NCBI GenBank assembly: GCA_011364975.1
Contig: RDOE01000093.1
Location: 1-11,839, forward strand
Direction of reading: 5' to 3'
DNA length: 11,839 bases
DNA from: Promethearchaeota archaeon
Lineage (GTDB): Archaea > Asgardarchaeota > Lokiarchaeia > Sigyniarchaeales > SOKP01
The stretch's first letter is position 1. Each line of letters begins with the position of its first letter. Positions 6,569 to 11,839 of this stretch are shown here, one piece after another. Below the pieces are notes generated by a model. That model made no database searches, was not told where the DNA came from, and saw only the letters and a list, made by a program, of their open reading frames with translations. Both the position numbers and the translations under genes were made by a program.

Positions 6569-7420
6569 CTAATAACGTAGAGTAAAGGCTCTTTGGTCAA
6601 CTATCTTTTCCTCAAATTTAGTTGGTATCCTATAAGGTATATTTTTTATCATTTTTCGATAAGCTATTGCTTGAATGTGCATTTTAAGAATTCTGATTGG
6701 ACTTAACATAATAAATCGAATATTATTTTGAGGATTCTTCCGTAGGGTTAAAAATTTAGAATAATAAGACTCTGCTTTAATTCTTTTATTTGGTTTTTCT
6801 AATGCTATAAATCTTTCAGTAATCTTCTTCAACTCTACACTATCCTTAAAACAAAAATAATTTGAGGCTTTTAAAGACCATTTAATTGATTCTAAAATAT
6901 ATTTTATTGATTTTAATTGTTTACGAGGAGTTAACAAAATACCAAAAAAGCAAATAAAGATATTCATAACTGTACTTCTAAACATTTCCTGAACAGAAAT
7001 GTTAATTTTGGGCTTGATTATGTTTCTTAAATCCTCGCCATATAATAATGTACTATTGATAATTACATTGCTAAGGACAATATTTCTAGGGGCAAAAATA
7101 GTTGAAAAAACTTTGTTTACTCGAAAAATTTTATGGAATTTAGCCGCTTCCCAAAATTCTTTCTTGGTTAAAAAATGACTAATAAACATTCCAGTAGAGT
7201 AATTAATTACCCCTAAAATACTTCGAGTAAGTTTTGTAGAAGAGTCTTTAAATTCATGCTTTATTTCTAGACCAATAAAGTACCTTTCTATTTCTCGTAA
7301 GTGGTGATTGGAAACTCTATCCTTGAAAATGAATAATAAATCACAGTCTGAAATAGGGCTATAATCTCCTTCCGCTTGCTGACTACCAAATAAAAAGATA
7401 GAGAGTATTTTATTTATCAA
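6569..7420 (-). CDS. Pol-beta-superfamily nucleotidyltransferase domain protein (N-terminus probably frameshifted, true start ~7556)
   Basis: SIFLFGSQQAEGDYSPISDCDLLFIF matches hGS...DxD. The motif is only ~10 aa from the annotated TTG, so the usual N-terminal helix is missing. Ends in TAG. Confidence 0.85.
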   Translation of the reverse strand: MINKILSIFLFGSQQAEGDYSPISDCDLLFIFKDRVSNHHLREIERYFIGLEIKHEFKDSSTKLTRSILGVINYSTGMFISHFLTKKEFWEAAKFHKIFRVNKVFSTIFAPRNIVLSNVIINSTLLYGEDLRNIIKPKINISVQEMFRSTVMNIFICFFGILLTPRKQLKSIKYILESIKWSLKASNYFCFKDSVELKKITERFIALEKPNKRIKAESYYSKFLTLRKNPQNNIRFIMLSPIRILKMHIQAIAYRKMIKNIPYRIPTKFEEKIVDQRAFTLRY

Positions 7421-7556
7421 TTTCTTTGTTTATTAAAATTATGACGTCAATTATGTAATTCCTAGACTTTTCATTTATCCAATTAAGCTTAGATGAGAGA
7501 TATTGATTTATTCTTTCCGATGTCTCTTTAGAGTCAATTTTATCCAAATTGATCAA
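7410..7556 (-). CDS. 48-aa ORF, probably the frameshifted N-terminus of the nucleotidyltransferase
   Basis: TTG 7556 gives MINLDKIDSKETSERINQYLSSKLNWINEKSRNYIIDVIILINKEIDK*. ...KEI is separated from INKILSIFLFGS by a single G (7418). Confidence 0.6.
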   Translation of the reverse strand: MINLDKIDSKETSERINQYLSSKLNWINEKSRNYIIDVIILINKEIDK

Positions 7557-7611
7557 TAATTAAATATTTTAGATTATTAAAATTGTTAATTAAAAGAAAA
7601 TGTTAAGATAA

Positions 7612-9621
7612 TTAGATTCGATTTGCTAATGAATATGCTTTGTTAATCGCTTCTAAAACAGTCTGGGGTTTTTTTGCATCTCCAATCTTTTCAACAGGAA
7701 TCTTTAATGCCTTGATTTGTTTATAAAGAATATCATCAGATTCAACTCCAGTTGCGTAATAAATATAATCAACATCACTTATTCTTTGCTCACTATCTGT
7801 AGCATCCATATAATTTACATAATTTTCTCCAATTTCAGTAACTTTTACGTTTGTTAGCATTTTTATTCCTAAAGCATCACATTTATCAAGTAGAACCCAT
7901 TTTGTAGTCTTTCCTAAGGCAGATCCTAATTTTGGAAGTTGTTCTAATACTGTTACTTTATTTCTTCCTTCGTGAAGCATTTTCAAGGCTATATCTGCTT
8001 CTAATGCTTTATAGAAAGTAAGAAAATCAAATTGTTCTAAATTTAAACTCCCAAATTTAGCTAAATAGAGAGCTAACTCAATTCCTGTTGCCCCACCTCC
8101 AATTATGACATTATTTTTACCAACAGGAGCATCTCCACTGAATACATCATTCGCCCAGTATACATTTTTATTATCGATTCCAGGAATTGGTGGTTTGAGT
8201 CCTTTCGATCCTGTTGCAAGAACAACAACGTCAGGATTAAACTCTTTTATTTTTTCGACTGAAACTTCCTCATTAAAATAAACAGGGATTCTATGTTTTT
8301 GTATCCAGTATGTATAATCATCTATCATTTTTTTAAATTCATTTCTTCCAGGTGGGATCCAAATAAGGTTAAGTAATCCACCAATCCTATCATTTTTTTC
8401 GAAAATATGAACGTCATGACCCCTTATTTTTGCAATCCTTGCAGCCTCAAGCCCAGCAGGACCTGATCCGATTATCATTACTTTTTTCTTAGTTTCAAGA
8501 GGATTTAATTCTGTTTTAGCTTCATTCCCTGCACGTGCATTCCTTAAACATGAGACGGGCTTTAGAAGGAAAATACTATCAAAGCAACCCTGATTGCATC
8601 CAATACATGTCATGATGTCTCGCAGTTCTCCTTTTTGAGCTTTTAACGGAAGATATGGATCAGCAATCAATGTTCTTCCCATACAAATAGCATCAGCTTT
8701 GCCAGCCATGAGAATTTGTTCAGCCAATTCAGGATTATTTATTCGATTTGACGAAAAAACTGGAATTGAAACATGCTTTTTTATATTTTCTGCTAAATAA
8801 GCATAACAACCCTCTGGGACATCCATTGTGGTTTGAGGTGTTTTAGTTTCATGCCAACCGCCAGTAACATTTAAATAATCTAAATGAGATGATAATTTTT
8901 CTGCTATATGTGTTTTTTCTTTATAAGTATTACTTCCTGGAACAAAATCATCACCAGAGATTCTATAACCTATCGGAAAATTATCAACATAAGATCTTAT
9001 TAAATCCAAGGTCTCTATTGGAAATCTTAATCGATTCTCTAAACTCCCTCCATACTTATCCTTCCGTTTATTAGTTAATGGAGAAATGAATTGAGTCATT
9101 AAGTATCCGGCATTTGCGCATATTTCAACTGCATCAAAACCAGCCTTTTTTGCTCTTAATGCAGCTTCAGCAAAAGCTTTTTGCTCTCGCTCTATATCAT
9201 TAAAATCCATTTCTCTCGGCATTGTCTTACTAAAGTTACTGTAAACCGCTGATGGGGCAATCGGTGTTGTACCAATTATCTGGGGATAAGTATAGGCACC
9301 TCCATGATAAAGCTGGGCACAAATCTTAACATTTTCTCGTGCATTATGAACTGAAGCCGTGAGCTCAGTCAATTTTGGTATGAAATTATCATTTTCTATG
9401 GAAATCATCATTGGAAGTCCTTTTGCATAAAGATCGACATAACAACCTCCAACAATAAGCATTCCAGCGCCACCTTTTGCTCTTTCGATATAAAAATCAA
9501 TAAGTCTTTGGGTAATATAACCTTCATTAGCATAATTTAGGTTAATTGCAGGCATCACTATCCTATTCGGAATCGTCATATCCCGAATTTTTAACGGACT
9601 AAACAATTTAAAGAATTTCAT
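7612..9621 (-). CDS. fadH: 2,4-dienoyl-CoA reductase-like NAD(P)H:flavin oxidoreductase (OYE barrel + 4Fe-4S + FAD/NAD(P)H domains)
   Basis: PNRIVMPA, RAKGGAG, GFDAVEI..NAGYL..QF.SP.TNKRKDKYGGSLENRLRF, GGWHE, the CX2CX3CX11C cluster motif (CIGCNQGC...VSC), GSGPAGLEAA, IGGGATG and LGKTTKW; 669 aa matches FadH architecture. Substrate is inferred. Confidence 0.88.
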   Translation of the reverse strand: MKFFKLFSPLKIRDMTIPNRIVMPAINLNYANEGYITQRLIDFYIERAKGGAGMLIVGGCYVDLYAKGLPMMISIENDNFIPKLTELTASVHNARENVKICAQLYHGGAYTYPQIIGTTPIAPSAVYSNFSKTMPREMDFNDIEREQKAFAEAALRAKKAGFDAVEICANAGYLMTQFISPLTNKRKDKYGGSLENRLRFPIETLDLIRSYVDNFPIGYRISGDDFVPGSNTYKEKTHIAEKLSSHLDYLNVTGGWHETKTPQTTMDVPEGCYAYLAENIKKHVSIPVFSSNRINNPELAEQILMAGKADAICMGRTLIADPYLPLKAQKGELRDIMTCIGCNQGCFDSIFLLKPVSCLRNARAGNEAKTELNPLETKKKVMIIGSGPAGLEAARIAKIRGHDVHIFEKNDRIGGLLNLIWIPPGRNEFKKMIDDYTYWIQKHRIPVYFNEEVSVEKIKEFNPDVVVLATGSKGLKPPIPGIDNKNVYWANDVFSGDAPVGKNNVIIGGGATGIELALYLAKFGSLNLEQFDFLTFYKALEADIALKMLHEGRNKVTVLEQLPKLGSALGKTTKWVLLDKCDALGIKMLTNVKVTEIGENYVNYMDATDSEQRISDVDYIYYATGVESDDILYKQIKALKIPVEKIGDAKKPQTVLEAINKAYSLANRI

Positions 9622-9796
9622 TTTAATCCACTTTGATTAATTTCTAATTTAATATAATTGAAATTGTTAAATCTTTTTAATTATAAATTTGCTTAACCAA
9701 ATAAAGTTTAACTTTTTTTAAGAACTAGGGATTCATTATTCTATTACATTAAATTTTGAAGATTTGAAAAGAAATTAAATAAATTGTATTTTTCAG

Positions 9797-10597
9797 TTAT
9801 CTGAAATAGGAATCAGATCCCCTATCTTCTTGAACACCCTTCATAAAGTGATCTGCTTGTCTTTTATAAGAATCAAGCACATTTTCCATCTCTTCGATTT
9901 GTTTATTCAACTCATCAAAATTCATTTTAATATTGAAGTAATCCTTTAAAATCGTGACCAACGCTTTAGATGCACGAGGATCAAGAGTCATCATGGGTAA
10001 TGGTAAAGTTTCAGCCAATAAACAGACCCCAGGTGCGTAATTTCTTTGACCAGCATAAGCAGGTAATATTCCATTTGCTCCTGCGATTACTCCGCTCTCC
10101 ATTAAGAGGGTATCTTCAAATTTCAAAAAAGATTTTGTCGTTTTTTCATGAGTTCCACAAACATGTACTTTAGGTTGATCTCTTATCTTATCAGTTACCA
10201 TAGCTCCAGTGCTTACATACATTTTAACTTTATTCTTAGTAATATTATTCATCTCTTCACAGAATTTTTGGGAAAATTCAAAGACACCTTGAGAAGATTG
10301 GGGTTGATAGTTTGCCGTTAGGATAAAAATATCACTTTCATTCTCTTTCTTTCTGGATTTATAATATACTTTCGCTGTCGGAATTTCTAAAAAACCTTTT
10401 TCAACGTTAGACTTAGGTGGAAAATCAAAATATTCTATATCAAGAAATTCTTCAGCCTTAATCGAGTCCTTTATAGAGGTTATGGCAATTTTACCCACCA
10501 AAGCGATCCCGGGCCACCCAACAAGGACCACTGGCTCATTTAAATCCTCAGGTACTATATCAAATTTTTTGTTTATTTTCATATCCATTTTATTCAA
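9797..10597 (-). CDS. PAC2-family proteasome assembly chaperone (PbaA/PbaB-like)
   Basis: LVGWPGIALVGKIA, GVIAGANGIL, CLLAET...DPRASKALV, C-terminal coiled helix and aromatic tail SYFR. The start may be a downstream ATG (10588). Confidence 0.92.
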   Translation of the reverse strand: MNKMDMKINKKFDIVPEDLNEPVVLVGWPGIALVGKIAITSIKDSIKAEEFLDIEYFDFPPKSNVEKGFLEIPTAKVYYKSRKKENESDIFILTANYQPQSSQGVFEFSQKFCEEMNNITKNKVKMYVSTGAMVTDKIRDQPKVHVCGTHEKTTKSFLKFEDTLLMESGVIAGANGILPAYAGQRNYAPGVCLLAETLPLPMMTLDPRASKALVTILKDYFNIKMNFDELNKQIEEMENVLDSYKRQADHFMKGVQEDRGSDSYFR

Positions 10598-10605
10598 CTT
10601 GTTTA

Positions 10606-11634
10606 TTACATTTCAAAATTTAATTTTTCACCACAATTAGGACAATATTGCTTTCTTTGAGACATATACGTTCCACAAAAAGGGCAATATAATCCCTTCA
10701 TCACGGGTTTATCTATTATGTCATGAGATTCACTAGATTGCTTTTCATAAGAATATAGCATATTTCTTTGAGATATATCATAACTATATTTCTTTCCAAC
10801 ACTTAAATGCACATATAAAGAACATAATAAACTTACGAATAGTGGACTAAACACATAATCCATAAGTTCATTGAAAAAATTATATAAAAAGATCATTCCA
10901 AAATTCCTTGTAGTAGGATTAAACCAAGAGTTATAAGTGTTTTGAGATACTATTAAAAAATTATCTATAATTAAATGGTAAACGAGTCCTGCTCCCCAAA
11001 TAACTAGGTTACTTATGAAAAAAACTGCAATAATTTTCCAGAATGACCCTCTAGCAATATTTCGTGCACTCTTTACGGGATTTTCTGTATTTCGTGAGCT
11101 ATAAGTAAATATTAAAAATGAATAAAATCCTAAAATTATGATAGAGGGAATATATATTAAGAATGCTCCAAGAGATACTCCTAATCCTAATAATAATAAA
11201 ACTATTATTAATTTACCATTAAAAGTCTCTTTAATTTCTGTGAAAAAATTCGGAGATACACCTATGAACTTTTTGTATACATAAGATCCAAATAAACACA
11301 TTGAAAAAACTCCAAATAGAGTTCTCATTAATCCATCTAAAAATAAAATGATATATGAAATTGATAAATATTCAATCATAATAGAAAGATCCAATTCGGT
11401 TATCTCAGCGGGGTCTTTTTGAAGAATAAGATTCAATTCGGAAGTAAGAATGATACTTTGCCAATTAAGATCAGCAATTAATAAATTCTTTAGGATCATA
11501 GAAATTAGTAAAAAACTGACAAAGGGTAATAAAAGCTTAGCCCAATTTTTACCAAAAAAGGAAAAACCAGCAGAAAGTACCTCACTAAATCTTTTATTTG
11601 CAAATCTCTCAAGATTTTGATAATCCTCTGACAT
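10606..11634 (-). CDS. Multi-pass membrane protein with C-terminal zinc ribbon
   Basis: About six hydrophobic segments, NPVKSARNIARGSFWKII loop typical of this kind of membrane domain, and terminal CPFCG-x8-CPNCG. Only 8 nt separate it from the PAC2 gene. Confidence 0.88.
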   Translation of the reverse strand: MSEDYQNLERFANKRFSEVLSAGFSFFGKNWAKLLLPFVSFLLISMILKNLLIADLNWQSIILTSELNLILQKDPAEITELDLSIMIEYLSISYIILFLDGLMRTLFGVFSMCLFGSYVYKKFIGVSPNFFTEIKETFNGKLIIVLLLLGLGVSLGAFLIYIPSIIILGFYSFLIFTYSSRNTENPVKSARNIARGSFWKIIAVFFISNLVIWGAGLVYHLIIDNFLIVSQNTYNSWFNPTTRNFGMIFLYNFFNELMDYVFSPLFVSLLCSLYVHLSVGKKYSYDISQRNMLYSYEKQSSESHDIIDKPVMKGLYCPFCGTYMSQRKQYCPNCGEKLNFEM

Positions 11635-11839
11635 AATTTTTTATTATCTTTTTAATAATAAATAATTTGTTAAAAAAACTTAATTAAATAATAGATAATA
11701 CAATACAAATAAGAATATAATTAATTATTTTATTTTCAAACCCATTAGGTATTATTAATATTTTATGTATGGTCAACAGCCTCCTACACGCTCAATTCCC
11801 GGAATAATCTCTTATATGAGTTTTTTCTCGACAAAGAGA

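Noticed and set aside
8889-10173. Plus-strand ORFs 8889-9074 and 9970-10173
   Set aside because: Antisense shadows of the fadH-like and PAC2 genes.
11792-11794. In-frame TGA on the minus strand as possible selenocysteine
   Set aside because: The flanking translation is not protein-like, has no redox motif, and is truncated by the window edge.
1-11839. CRISPR array, transposase or long direct repeats
   Set aside because: None seen on reading through the window.

Overview
Very AT-rich archaeal chromosomal window. Gene content and style suggest Asgard archaea (Lokiarchaeia-like), which is an inference. From left to right it holds: the 5' part of a secreted S8 subtilisin-like protease (minus strand, missed by the ORF track); a tRNA-Ala(GGC) gene interrupted by two inserts at non-canonical positions (D-loop and T-loop); an ICMT/PEMT-type membrane methyltransferase with an apparently frameshifted N-terminus; an Asp/Glu racemase homologue lacking its first catalytic Cys; an MFS transporter fused to a ~300-aa duplicated helical domain; two hypothetical proteins; an unannotated 71-codon frame with a C-terminal CxxC, two in-frame TAGs and a hairpin 8 nt after the first TAG; a Pol-beta-type nucleotidyltransferase with a frameshifted N-terminus; a FadH-like flavo/Fe-S reductase; a PAC2 proteasome chaperone; and a membrane protein with a C-terminal zinc ribbon. 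The best leads are the doubly interrupted tRNA, the TAG-plus-hairpin small gene and the MFS-helical repeat fusion.
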